Below are positions 1 to 12,814 of a stretch of 64,000 bases of DNA, in pieces. The position numbers and the translations under genes were made by a program. The DNA is taken from assembly GCF_006345805.1 (NCBI RefSeq), contig NC_042997.1, positions 55,180,001 through 55,244,000 on the forward strand, read 5' to 3'. The DNA comes from Octopus sinensis. Its lineage: Eukaryota. The first letter of the stretch is position 1; every line of letters begins with the position of its first letter. The notes under the pieces were generated by a model. That model was not told the origin of the DNA. It ran no database searches and saw only the letters and a list, made by a program, of their open reading frames with translations.

Positions 1-467
1 TCTGCGTAGGATGTGTGCAGTGCCTAGTAGTGCAATTTTCTGTATGTTATATGTGTTTGTAAGTCCTGGTGTTTTTGTTATGTATTTGTCTGAATATTTT
101 TTTATCATGCCTAATGCACCTACTATGATAGGAATTGTTTCTGTTTTCAGATTCCACATTCTAGTTACCTCTATTTCCAGGTCTTTGTATTTTGAAAGTT
201 TCTCCATTTCTTTTAGAGACACGTTGTCATCTGCCGGTACTGATACATCAATTAGAAAGCATTTTTTTTCTTCATGGTCTCTGACAACTATATCTGGTCT
301 GTTGGCCTTAATTTCTCTATCTGTGTGTATCGGCATATCCCAGACTATGGTTGCTTTCTCGTTTTCTGTGACCTTTTCTGGTGTGTGCCTATACCATCTT
401 TTTTCTGTTGTTATTCCATAATGTTGGCATAGCTTCCAATGTATGTAAGTTCCAACTCTGTCATGTC
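1..467 (-). mobile_element. R4/Dong-like non-LTR retrotransposon fragment (C-terminal restriction-like endonuclease region), runs off window
   Basis: Minus strand translates YGITTEKRWYRHTPEKVTENEKATIVWDMPIHTDREIKANRPDIVVRDHEEKKCFLIDVSVPADDNVSLKEMEKLSKYKDLEIEVTRMWNLKTETIPIIVGALG...QKIALLGTAHILRR: RPD..D..EK..KY RLE motif; its 5' end abuts an (AAT)n tract. ORF 11..421(+) is only the antisense. Confidence 0.9.
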
Positions 468-501
468 ATTATTATTATTATTATCATTATTATTATTATC
501 A

Positions 502-595
<94 letters not shown>

Positions 596-724
596 TTTAT
601 CATCATCCTTATCATCATCATCATGATCATCATTATTGCTGTTGTTGTTGTTGTTGTTATTATTGTTGTTGTTATTGTTGTTATTATCATTATTATTATT
701 AGTTTTATTATTATCATTGTTATT
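468..724. repeat. Compound (ATT)n/(ATC)n/(GTT)n microsatellite
   Basis: Direct inspection. Confidence 0.97.
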
Positions 725-1271
725 GAGTGAGAGAGCAATGCATGCTATCAAAGTGACGTTGGAGTAGAAATATACGGAGCCTAATATACCCATCATAACT
801 ACCCGTCTGATAAGAGTACACCAAACACATGCATCACAGCCACATGCGACTTGGTGATCTCATATCAATATAAAAGGCGCATGACTTTGCAGGTGAGGTT
901 CAGTTACAATTCTCTCCAGGTCGAGTAGCCCATCCCACCCAAAAGATCTCAGAATAAGGTTTGTTTTAGGATGATGAACGAAACACCGTGTTTCCATAGG
1001 TGAATTATTCAAACCCCACAAAATTCCTCTCAACACATGACTATGATGCTCCCCAACTACTCTTGCTCGTGATCAGAGATGCACATATCGTCAGTCAGCC
1101 AGCAAGCAACATGTTCAACTGGTTACGGTCAAACAACTGACAAGAAAATCTGTGTTGTTGAGCAGAATATTTGCTATAGCCCGTCTTTTATACCAAAACA
1201 AAACGTGTACATGATAACACCTCCAATAAGTTAAGATGAGAAGCGATGAGAGCCACTGGCTGGTACTGCAT
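725..1271 (-). mobile_element. ~550-bp TAA-associated non-coding retroelement, copy A (diverged)
   Basis: Reverse complement aligns along its length with 45181-45736 and 52363-52909; 3' end (...CTCTCTCACTC) runs into (AAT)n on its sense strand. Confidence 0.85.
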
Positions 1272-1299
1272 TATTATCTGTACTGGAAGGTTTTCTTTT

Positions 1300-2215
1300 T
1301 TAGATATTCTAAATAACTCCAACTAAATGAATGCACAGGTGAATGTATAGTCTGAAAAGAGGTTTATTGATACCAAACCAGATAAAAGAATGTCTAAACA
1401 AAGGTTTAGAACAAATTAAAACCAATCTTTGCCATCAAGAACAATGATACGAACTTAGTATAAGCAGTTTAAGGAAACCTGAAAAGCAGCTTTTGTTTAT
1501 AGTCTACACAAGTTAATAAGAATTGGACCACGAGAATTACAGATGTCCTGCATGACAGTGGATGATAGCTTGCGTAAAAATCTGAAGATGTCACAAATAC
1601 TGCAACAAATTACTCAAGAAGATAAGCTGTTACACAAGGATTTGTAATAACTGACTGAAAGAAACAAGAACTATGATTTCTGGCGGAGAAACACAATATG
1701 CACATTTAGAGGTTACAAAATCTACATTGCATGGAAGAACTAATTAAAGACAGTCCTAAACAGGATATATATTGTAACCTATCGCATGATCCTATGACTG
1801 GACATCTTTATGGTTGAGTGAATCAACAGTGATTTTTAGCACTATGTAGATACGTTGCATCATTGTCCATCTAAAACTGAAAGGATTGCAATAGCGCATA
1901 GTCTTTCGATAAGATTTCAGATCGCTACGTTCGGCTTTGATCGTCCTTGAATCCTTAAACAAGACACTTGTAAACAAGATGATGGTGCAATAACGCGTCC
2001 GTCGAGATCTCCCGGCACGACAATCTGTGATTTCTTTCTTTGGCGATTCGTCAAATACCTTGAGTAGGATACACGAACGGCATTGATGGTTTAAAATCAC
2101 AGCTGCTTTAAATAAGCTACTGTGGGTTCAGTGTAGCATACATTGCAGCATTGCGTGTAGAAAATAGATGTTTCATGAACCGATAATAGCGCACGGATTG
2201 AATGTTTGTGACCTT
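1300..2215 (+). pseudogene. Degenerate Tc1/mariner-superfamily transposase (maT/rosa-like)
   Basis: 1999-2058 PSRSPGTTICDFFLWRFVK (WPPRSPDLTPCDFFLWG motif); C-terminal RIDVS*TDNSARIECL* (..NGAHIE.L*); many stops and frameshifts; 5' boundary approximate. Confidence 0.75.
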
Positions 2216-2336
2216 GTATTTTGACAGAAAAAATTTCGATATTACAAATCCTAAATAACTTTGTTTAATCCTTTCAGTATACCATCATAAATTTTATTAA
2301 TAGATAACATGGTATATTAGTGTGATGGTGTGCATC

Positions 2337-2543
2337 TATGTATGTATGTATGTATGTATGTATGTATGTATGTATGTATGTATGTATGTATGTATGTATG
2401 TATGTATGTATATATATATATATATATGTATATATATGTACACTCACATAAACATCCGAGGTTATAGTAAATGATACTCGCCCAAGTATCACCTGAGACA
2501 TAATCATAGCCTCTTATGTATAGGCGAACAAAAATCAGCAATG

Positions 2544-2619
<76 letters not shown>

Positions 2620-2785
2620 TATATATATATTATATATATATATAATATATATATATATATGTATTTGTATACACACACACACACAACACACACACATATA
2701 TATATATAATATATATACACACACACACAACACACACACATATATATATATAATATATATACACACACACACACACCACACACAT

Positions 2786-2830
<45 letters not shown>
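2337..2830. repeat. (TATG)n, (TA)n and (CA)n microsatellite block with a short unique spacer
   Basis: Direct inspection. Confidence 0.95.
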
Positions 2831-2834
<4 letters not shown>

Positions 2835-3834
2835 GTATGCGTGTGTGAAAATATCCTTGTTCATACAAGGAAAAGATATTTACATTAATAATTTTAATAT
2901 TTTGAGAAACTGAGAAACTGGATTAATGGAAGAGGAAAAAGTGGTGAGAGAAAAATTTGTTTGTGTATGTGTGAGTTTTTGTGCATGTGCATGCGTCTAT
3001 GTGTGCATGGTTGTGCTTGTATTATACATACATACATACATACATACATATACATAAACACACCTATATACACTCACATGTATATGAAGAGGGTGAATGA
3101 GGGAGAATATGAGAAAGTTGTTACCGTATTAGAGAGCAAGTGTGTGAAAAGGAGAGGGAAAGAAATATTGGGAGTGGTTGAAAAGGTTTGATTGTCGTTT
3201 AATTAGCTATATAAGATGTGTTGAAAGACGAGAGTGTCTATATTGCCACGTAGTTGTAATTAAACATGCTTATTTTTTTTCTTTCAATTAAATTTACATC
3301 TGAAATGGATGATGTCAAAAATATAAGCCAACGCCAGCTAATGATGTTTTTTTCCTTCGTTTAAATTAATCGAAAGTAGCAAATCAATTAATATAAAAAC
3401 CAGACAGATAAACATTTAATTCGTTGATTAATAACGAAAACATATAATCTGTTTATTAAAAGCTCTTAAATATCTATTTATTTATTTATATCTTCTAACT
3501 TCTTTAATTTTTTTGAAAGGAAATCACTCTGCAATGTAAAATCATAATGTGATCTAGAAGTATAAATTCGACATTTTAGACAGAAATATTTATCAGTTCG
3601 TGATCAAGAAAGGCGAGGTGTGGGGTTGAATTAGCAACGTTCATGTATTAGAAAATGTATTAGTGACGAAAACACATCACACAATCGTTTCTTTATGAGA
3701 CCAAGATATGATGGTTTCTTTAGTGGAAGAGGGAAAAATGAAGCTGTCACATAAATGCCTTTCTTAAATGCATTAGCACCGTATGAGAAGCGAACGGACT
3801 TCGCAGTATAATCGAAAGTAAGTTGTGGACAGCA

Positions 3835-4200
3835 CTCGTCTTGGGGTTACCTATTTTTCTATGATACCAACTTGTAGGTTTTCTTTATCTCTATACTAGC
3901 CCTGACCAACAAGACATATGAGTATCGGCAGTCTGACCGTGACCATCCCATCTTTTTTGCACATCAAACATTGCTTATTGAATTCACATTTGTTTTATTG
4001 AATTTTAAGATGGTATGGAGAGATTTGAGGCAAATTTAGCTGCTATTTATAGCAGGTAGAAGATCCACAAAGGGATTTCCTCAGTAAGAGAAACGCAGTG
4101 CCTTTTCAAAGGAACAAGAACCTACGAGCAAACAAGACAGCCTCTACCTGGTCGTTCGAGTTGCTAAAAATATCAACCAAATCAGCAATATCTTATCAAA
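3835..4200. repeat. Short interspersed repeat with core GATTTGGCTGCTATTTCTAGC (related cores near 41915, 55725, 55865, 57110)
   Basis: Same core recurs at five or more dispersed sites, here in both orientations; class unknown, boundaries approximate. Confidence 0.55.
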
Positions 4201-5574
4201 TCTAAAAAGTAAGGACAGAATGGATAAAAATATGCGTTTGCCTCGGCTACAAGGTCCTTAATCAGAGCTCTGTTTGGTCAGGCCTAACCTGGTGCAAAAC
4301 AGTTGCAAGAAAAGAGCGTTAGGTACTATAGATTCTTAGGAAAAGAATAAGTACCACAGGCCGACATTAATCTCGTTCTAAATTGTGGGGTATTGGATTG
4401 AATGAAAACACCAATGAAAATATAAAAGAATGCCATATAAACGTCATGGTCTTATAGAGAGTCGAGTTGCCAAATCCCATTTCAAATTCTTGCAGAACCA
4501 TTTTTATATACTTAATGTACAATTCATTTTTGAAAGTCTGAAAAACAGTATGGCATTATTCCGGGCTGATGTGCCATAGGCCCGCTATATGAAGGTGAAA
4601 TCTTTTGTAGGGCGCGGATTATTTAGATAAAGTAAACGGGTAGCAGCATTTTTTTTCAAATGGATGTATTATTTAAGGAAACAATAAATATAACATACGG
4701 TATACCTCTCTCTCACTCTCTCTCTCTATTTTCTCTCCCTGTATGAATGTACGCATGTATGAATGGATTGATATATATATATATATATATATATTATATT
4801 ACATATATATATATATATGTATGTATTTATATATATACATATATATGTATGTATTTAGATATATACATATATATATATACCCGTGTCTATCTATCTATCT
4901 ACCTATCTACTTATAACACACACTCACACACACACGTAGACTCACACAAACACACACACACACACACACACACAGACACAGACACACACGCATGAGTGTA
5001 CATAGGTGTTATTATGTTTATGCATTTCTTTTTATTTACGATAACTTGCGGAAAAAGAATGATAAATCATGTTTTTCTCTATTCATCTAATAAAGAATAT
5101 TGAATTTTTTCGGACATAAATATAAAGAAAAGATAGTAAGAAGATAGAGAAAATATGCAGAAAAAAAATTCTATTAATCGGCAAAAACTCTCAAAAGTCT
5201 ACTCTAGCGAGAATGTTTCTTTGAAATAAATTGCTTTATAATATTCGGCAGTAACTGCAATAGAAAGTAAATATATTTGTATGTGCTAGAAAAGACAAGA
5301 CTGCAAGTGAAAATAGCTTTATGTATAAGTTAGTTAATCAAATCTATTACAAATAAGGCCAATTATATTGTGTGTGTGTGTGTGTGTGTGGTGTGTGTGT
5401 GTGTGTCTATGTGTAACGTGCAGATGGACTTATTCAAATATTCATATACATATGTTTACATGGTTTATATTTATATGTTTATGTCTGTGTTATGTGCAAG
5501 CATACTCACACACGTATGTTTGTATAAATGTGCGTATCGAGTGTGTGTGTGTGTGTGTGTGTGGTGTGTGTGTG

Positions 5575-5605
<31 letters not shown>

Positions 5606-6278
5606 TGTTTGTGTGCATAATGTGTTTGCGTTTATTGAGTTACCAAGGGAGGCGGAAATATTTGGATGTTTTTGATGATGTCTTAAACAGAATTATGGTG
5701 GTAATGCTCTTCGGAGTCAAATATACAAATGACAAGGTGCGTTGTTCTTTGACATTTGAAAACTTTGAAAAGGTCATAGCCGCTCCAAGCAGCGAAAAAC
5801 ATAGGGGAATCAAACTTGTGTCACTATAAATATTCGCTTCATCTAGTCGATAAATACTGTTAAATGCATACTTTCTAAATACTCTCGATTATATACACAC
5901 ATGTATATGTGTAATAACTTATAGTTGTTCACATTTAAACACATGTACGTAAATATATTTATGTGTATAAGGTCTCAGCAAGAATGTACACACACTTTAA
6001 TTTACCGGCGGTCAAGTAATTTTCTTATATGTTGTGAGGTGACGATTACTGTAGATACAGCGGTAAGTTCCATGTGAAACGAAATAATCGATCAGGATTC
6101 GATACTCGCTTGGAAGCAAAATTTATTTCACTTACGTCACTTACGTCCCGAACGTTCTTGATAATCATCATATGAACAGCATACGATCAAACTTTTCTTT
6201 TGGAGAGATGTTTGGCTCTGTAACTAAGTATATATATATATATTTATATATTTATACCGTATGTATATATGTATATAT

Positions 6279-6327
<49 letters not shown>

Positions 6328-6391
6328 TATATACTGTATGTATATATATATACATATATATATATATATTATCTATATATATATATAATAA

Positions 6392-6431
<40 letters not shown>

Positions 6432-6444
6432 ATATATATATATG

Positions 6445-6481
<37 letters not shown>

Positions 6482-6505
6482 CTCTCTCTCTCTCTCTCTC
6501 CTCTC

Positions 6506-6564
<59 letters not shown>

Positions 6565-6609
6565 TACATATATACATAAATACATACAGTACAGAAGTCG
6601 TTTAAATCA

Positions 6610-7325
6610 CCCCCTTGTCGGGTTCTTTATCAAGAGGAACGCAACTAACCCGCCTCTTTTTGGAAGACAGGACATTCTCCTCCTCTGCTTCCATTTGTAG
6701 TAGACATCTGCAAGAAATCCTGGCAACATATCTCTTGTATTGCCATCCATCGCTTCCCGTATTTCACCAGCTGTCATTAACCTTTCGCAGATCGCGACAT
6801 CCCTATCCGAGAGCGGTAGCAAGCTGTCGCGGTAGGTTTAAAGTCCACCTCCATCTTCGCTTCACCGTCCGTCCCAAACAGTAAAATGAAGTGCTATTGA
6901 GAAGCCGCACTCATCTGCTTGGAATCGAGTAGCAGTCATCCATCCCGATTTGTCAAAGACCAAATTGTGATTGTATAGCCTCGAGGTGCTTCCACCAACT
7001 GGGTTCATCGAACAGCTTTATTCCCCCCATTCTTACAAACACGCACACCAGCTCTGACAGCAAAATCTTTGTGCTTACCGTAGAAAAATCTATTAAGGGC
7101 CAACCTCACTGCAAGCACGTCAGTCGCAGTACCTTTATTAAGTTTCTCTTGCAAGCTACAACATAGCCTTCCTATTCAAGAATTCGCCTTCATTATTCTC
7201 TCACTAAACCTTATCGATTCTACGCCCATTCTAATATCCCATTTCGTTGGTTGTTGACGGTTGCGCCCGACAATTCCCTTGTAACTAGTCCTCTAATCAG
7301 GTTTTTGTAAACTTGGCGCGCAGGG
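6610..7325 (-). mobile_element. Degenerate Tx1/L1-like ORF2 fragment (endonuclease-RT linker)
   Basis: Minus-strand pieces RQVYKNLIRGLVTRELSGATVNN, KHKDFAVRAGVRV, HFILLFG, LPLSDRDVAICERLMTAGEIREAMDG..PG resemble the L1/Tx1 region before the RT (L..E+..A+....PG.DG). Confidence 0.65.
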
Positions 7326-7962
7326 GGAGATGGTGTTGCTGATGCTGCGATGTAGGAATAACTGTTTTTGTTCTTTTATTGCTAGAAGACCAAAAGCCTT
7401 TTGTTAGTTAGTACTTCTACAAATGTATCACCTGCCCCTCTTACCGTCTACCATAACTCATAGAAGGTCCCCATTCTCTAGGTGAAAGTATTCAGGGATC
7501 CATATAATATTTTATGAAGTGAATAAAATCTGCACTTCTCTTTTTAGAACGGACTAGTTTTGTGCGGGTTGTTCTCGTACTAATGACCTCTTAGTACTCC
7601 ACCTAGGTCATTCTAAAATACTTAATATTTATTTCAGGTCACATCGCTTAATGTCACCTTACTTACTTGTTTCCTTGAACGAGATGGTAAGAGTATATAC
7701 TCCAGACAGGAGCAGCTGCGTGCGGCTACTTTTATTGCCTATTCTTCGTTATGGCAAGATGCTACCACCGTTGTCTTCATCTTAAAACATACCGTATTGA
7801 ACTCACAAGCTCTTCATGTGCCTCTCTGTTTATGCTAGTGGAGGGCAATTCTATATTTTCTATTTATAAAAAAAATACTCTACACCAGCATAAACAGAGA
7901 AGTGCGTGAAAGGCTTGAGGGTTCGATACTGTATTTTTCGTCTACATTTTCTGTTTACTGAA

Positions 7963-8229
7963 GGCACATAGCTCAGTGGTTAGAACATCGGGCTTACAAT
8001 CATGAGGTAGTGAATTCAATTCCCGGACCGGACTGCGTGTTTTGTTATTGAGCAAGACACTTTATTTCAGGTTGCTCCAGTTCACTCAGCTGGTGTCAAG
8101 TTGTATCGGCCTTTGCTTTTCCCTTGGATAACATCGGTGGCGTTGAGAGAGGAGGCTGGTGTGCATGGGTGACTCCGTGGTCATCCACAAACAACTTTTC
8201 CCAGACTTGTGCCACATGACCGAAGTGGA
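7963..8229 (+). mobile_element. tRNA-derived SINE
   Basis: Head GGCACATAGCTCAGTGGTTAGA (A box) and B-box-like AATTCAATTCC, then TTGAGCAAGACACTTTATTTC; homologous to 40841-41168. Confidence 0.8.
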
Positions 8230-9923
8230 TCCTTGTTTTTTCTTTTCTGTTTTCACATCTATAAGTAATAGTTTTAATTTTCTTTTTCACTCCCTTGGAT
8301 GCACAACTAGCTTCTGCTCCATGTTGTCAGCCACGTAATTCAATCCAGGTCTGCATTGCATTAGCAAATGCATCTTTTTTTGTGTTTATGGTAACAGATG
8401 AGTTGCTGCTGTTATTAGTGATGCTTTTTTTCTGTTGCTGCTGTTATTGTTGCTCTTGTTTTTCTCCTCGTTGTTATTAGGGGATGGCATCAGTCTTGTT
8501 AATTTTGTTTTCGCAGTTGGTTTTGTTGTGGCTGGTGTTATTTGTGTTAATGTTTTTCATGTTAAAGCTTAGGAAGAGACACAGTGGGTGTCTTCTTAGG
8601 CTTGGCTTTAGCAGTTATTATGTCACATTCATTATTAGCAGATGTGGCAGTTGGTTTGTTCAAAGATAGAGAAGGAAGGAATATAAATAATTCTCCTAAA
8701 CTCAGTGCTTTAATTCTACTTTTGACGTTCTAGAAAGGTATCCAAAATAATGCGAAGATTTTTTTGTTTTTTGGAAAGACTAAAACGGTCCTTTCCGTGC
8801 TTGAAAAGTGAGAGCGACTATTTCAATAATTGCTCAGTTACTCGTAGGAAGCAAATTTTAGACGGCCTAGTTGGAAAAGTGAAGAGAATTTCCAAAGAGG
8901 ACACTCAGCATAAACTCAGCGTAGATTTCACGTGTACTGCCATTTAAAAAAAACTCCCTCAAAATTGCAGTATTCGTGCAATATGCACGGTTTCACACTT
9001 TTATTTTGTAGGTCACTATAACATTGTTTCATTCAGTTCATGGTTCTTATGAGAATGAAGTAGACAACGAATTACGTTTATGGAATATTAGGAGGTAAGT
9101 TGTAGTGTGTAAATTCTGGATTTCTGTAATAGTAATGTGATCTATCGTTCAATTCTGTTATTCAACTGGAATTAGTTGTTTCTTATAGACTGTAAATGCT
9201 CGTCAACCTTCAACTATGCATGACTAAATGTTGTTGAAAAATATTTCCTGTTGTGTAAATGAGACTTACGCATCTCTCTATGCAAGGCGATGACAGTAGA
9301 AATCTTACATTGTCACCTTATTTCGAACACGAGTTCCTCATTCTTCAGCATGTCACATATCTTTGTGTCACCCAAGTGCAACACTGATGCATATTTCTTG
9401 GGTGAATTATGATGTTGCTATTTTCTGACGGGTTCTATTTTAAACAATAAATTACAGGGGCGATTTCAATAATTATGAGAAAATTGCACCGCTTGATATC
9501 AGAGAATCGTATGAAGTGTAGTTTATAATTATGGCAATTGTATTTTATCTGAGTGCATGTGTCTTTGGTTCAAACACTAGCAAGCGTATATTTGTGTAAA
9601 TTTATAATTTCTTGTATTTACCATATAAGATAAAGACATTGAATTATGAAGGGATTTCTTTTGTAATGCTTCATTAACATCAATAATTTCATTGGCCATG
9701 AGCTGAACTGTAATTTCTTGAGGATACAACGTCTTCCTTCGACTTCTAAAACAATAAATTCCCCCAAATCGACAATTTGAAACACAGAGAAAAAGAATGA
9801 TACGAAAAAATGCATTGTATGAGAGAACAAAGACAAGAAAGATAACTAGATACTGAAATACATCCATATCCTACTATCTTCTCATGAAAGTAAAACTGTT
9901 TCTCTTGTCAAAAGTGACGGTGA

Positions 9924-9990
<67 letters not shown>

Positions 9991-9995
9991 TATGT

Positions 9996-10453
9996 TGTAT
10001 TTTCTTTCTAAGTATAATCAATGATGATGAGATGTCAACGATATTAGCACAAATTAAATATAATTTGTATAGTACAGTAATTATATTAAATTTTATAAAT
10101 AATGAATCAGTAATATTTTTCACAGTATAAGAAATTTTGATAATATAAAAATAGCTTCGAATAGTTAAACTTGAAATTAGAAGTGTTGTTGAAAATGCTT
10201 CCCTTAATTTTTTATGTATCTAATTTTAAACTTATCTGGAAGCTTGTACTTTTCCAGTTGTATGGTATATATATTCTTTTATTTTTTTTTTATTTGTTTC
10301 AGTCATTTGATTGCAGCCATGCTGGAGCACCGCCTTAAAGAGTCTTTTAGTCAGAGAATGTTACGGGGACGTAAACACACCAACACCAATTGTTAAGCGA
10401 TAGTGTGTGTGTGTCTGTGTGTGTATGTGAGAAGCAAACACAGATACAAGGGG

Positions 10454-10485
<32 letters not shown>

Positions 10486-10559
10486 TTATGTGTGTATGTT
10501 CTTGTATCTGTGCTCCAGCATGACGGCAGTCAAATGACTGAGAGAAGTAAAAAATAAAA

Positions 10560-10597
<38 letters not shown>

Positions 10598-10861
10598 GGA
10601 AAAGTACAAGCTTCCAGATAAGTTTAAACTTAAATACATCAAAAATTAAGGGAAGCATTAGTTTTGTCTTTCAACAACACTTCTCAATTTCATACTCGAA
10701 GCTAGTTTTATATTATCAAAATTTTTTTATACTGTGAAAAATATTGCTGATTCATTATTTATAAAATTTAATATAATTACTGTACTATACAAATTATATT
10801 TAATTTGTGCTAATATCGTTGACATCTCATCATCATTGTTTATACTTAGAAAGAAAATACA
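9996..10861. repeat. Long inverted repeat (arms ~9996-10330 and ~10510-10861, spacer ~180 bp)
   Basis: 10596-10861 is the reverse complement of 9996-10258 with few substitutions and indels; inner parts are inverted SINE tails. Confidence 0.92.
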
Positions 10862-10885
10862 TATATACACATACAAATATATATA

Positions 10886-12120
10886 CAGAGGTTGGACAAA
10901 ATAATGGAAACACCTAGCATCATAATTTTGAAATATCTATAAAACCATCAAAAGCTTGTTTATTTTTATGTTTTTGATTTATTATTAGTGTTGCTTAATA
11001 TGTTTTACTAAAATTGCTTTTCTTTTCAGATATTATCAGAAAAAGGTAATTAAAATTCATTAAAACGACAGATCTATCGAACTTTCAAAGAGGTCAAATT
11101 GTTGGTGCTCGTATGGCAGGCGCTAGCGTAACGAAAACAGCCGAAATGTTTGGTGTATCAAGAAGTATTGGCTCGAAGGTAATGACAGCCTTTGAGAAAG
11201 AGGGAAATAAACTCGTCGAAACAAAACCCTGTAAGAAAACCAAAACTTTCAGGTAGGGACCATCGGAACCTTACGTGAATTGTTAGAAAGGATCACAAAA
11301 GTACAACTCTCCAAATTACTGCAGAGCTTAATAACCACCTCGAGAATCCAGTTTCCACGAAAAATGTTCGCCGGGAGCTGCACAAAGCCAAATTTCACGG
11401 GAGAGCTGCAATCAGAAAAGCACTACTTTAAAAAACAAACGTTGCAAAGCATTTAGAGAATTGGTCCCTAGAACAGTGGAAGAATGTTATTTTCTCGGAC
11501 GAGTCATCCTTTACCTTATTTCCGACCACCGGCCGAGTATACGTGTGGAGACAGCCAAAAGAAGCATTTGACCGAGACTGCCTTCTTCCAACTGTTAAAC
11601 ATGGAGGAGGATCTCTGATGATCTGGCGGTGAGGTGGGGTGATGGGGGGCTATATCTTGTAAATCCGCTGGCCCAATGCTTTTCTTTCATGGCAGAATTA
11701 ATAGTGAAGAATATTTAAGCAATTTATCTGATCAAATTCATTCTACGGTTGCGGAACTGTTTCCGGAGGGAAACATAATCTTCCAGGGTGATAATGCACC
11801 AATTCACATAGCTAAAGTTGTTACTGAACGGCACACGGAACATTCTAGTGAAGTTGAATATCTTATCTGGCTACCACAGTCCCCAGATCTCAATATTATT
11901 GAACTGTTATGGTGCAGTTTAGAAAAACAAGTCAGGAGTTGATATCCTCCACCATCATCACTACAAGAACTGGAGACTGTTTCAGCTGAAGAATGGACAA
12001 ATATTCAAACTTTGCCCGAGTCCATATCTCGTAGAATTCAAGCTGTAATTACTGCCAAAGGCAGTGCTACCCCATTTAAAATAAATTTGTTTGAAATTTT
12101 TAGGTGTTTCCATTATTTTG

Positions 12121-12121
<1 letters not shown>
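10886..12121 (+). mobile_element. Tc1-like DNA transposon, DD36E type (Incomer-like), inactive copy 1
   Basis: TA + left TIR CAGAGGTTGGACAAAATAATGGAAACACCT (10886-10915); partial right TIR AGGTGTTTCCATTATTTTGT (12102-12121); transposase pieces TDLSNFQRGQIVGARMAGASVTKTAEMFGVSRS, FSDESSFTLFPTTGRVYVWRQPKE, QGDNAPIH...WLPQSPDLNIIE; frameshifted, start codon reads ACG. Confidence 0.92.
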
Positions 12122-12160
<39 letters not shown>

Positions 12161-12166
12161 TGCATA

Positions 12167-12447
12167 CAGGAGTGGCTGTGTGGTAAGTATCTTGCTAACC
12201 AACCACATGGTTCCGGGTTCAGTCTCACTGCGTGACATCTTGGGCAAGTGTCTTCTGCTATAGCCCCGGGCCGACCAATGCCTTGTGAGTGGATTTGGTA
12301 GACGGAAACTGAAAGAAGCCTGTCGTATATATGTATATATATATGTTTAACCCTAATGTTCTTATGTAGTGGTTTAATAAAGTATATGATTGGGTATTAT
12401 CTGGTAGTTGATAAATGATTTAGATGTATTTCTCCATTTTCTTATTT

Positions 12448-12488
<41 letters not shown>

Positions 12489-12494
12489 GTGTGT

Positions 12495-12531
<37 letters not shown>

Positions 12532-12724
12532 TGTGTCTGTGTTTGTCCCCCTAGCATTGCTTGACAACCGATGCTGGTGTGTTTACGTCCCCGTCACTTA
12601 GCGGTTCGGCAAAACAGACCGATAGAATAAGTACTGGGTTTACAACGAATAAGTCCCGGGGTCGATTTGCTCGACTAAAGGCGGTGCTCCAGCATGGCTG
12701 CAGTCAAATGACTGAAACAAGTAA
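12167..12724 (+). mobile_element. Abundant composite SINE with internal (TA)/(TG) microsatellites
   Basis: Head GGAGTGGCTGTGTGG...GGTTCAGTC, TTGGGCAAGTGTCTTC core, tail GGTGCTCCAGCATGGCTGCAGTCAAATGACTGAAAC; many copies in window. Confidence 0.85.
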
Positions 12725-12727
12725 TAT

Positions 12728-12765
<38 letters not shown>

Positions 12766-12814
12766 ATATAGATATATTATATACACACATATGTCTGGGT
12801 ATGTTGTGTGTGAA

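Noticed and set aside
381-796. Long low-complexity ORFs (poly-I, -N, -Y, YI, HT, CV, LS) here and throughout the ORF track
   Set aside because: They are translations of microsatellites that lack stops in some frames.
2543-2830. Single-base interruptions in dinucleotide tracts (TATAATAT, CACAACAC, GTGGTGT) that look like a higher-order code
   Set aside because: Irregularly spaced one-base indels typical of slippage or long-read consensus error; tract lengths and some frameshifts in this window may be artefacts.
7963-8035. tRNA-like heads here and at 40841 and 63040
   Set aside because: No complete cloverleaf and each continues into a repeated SINE body, so not tRNA genes.
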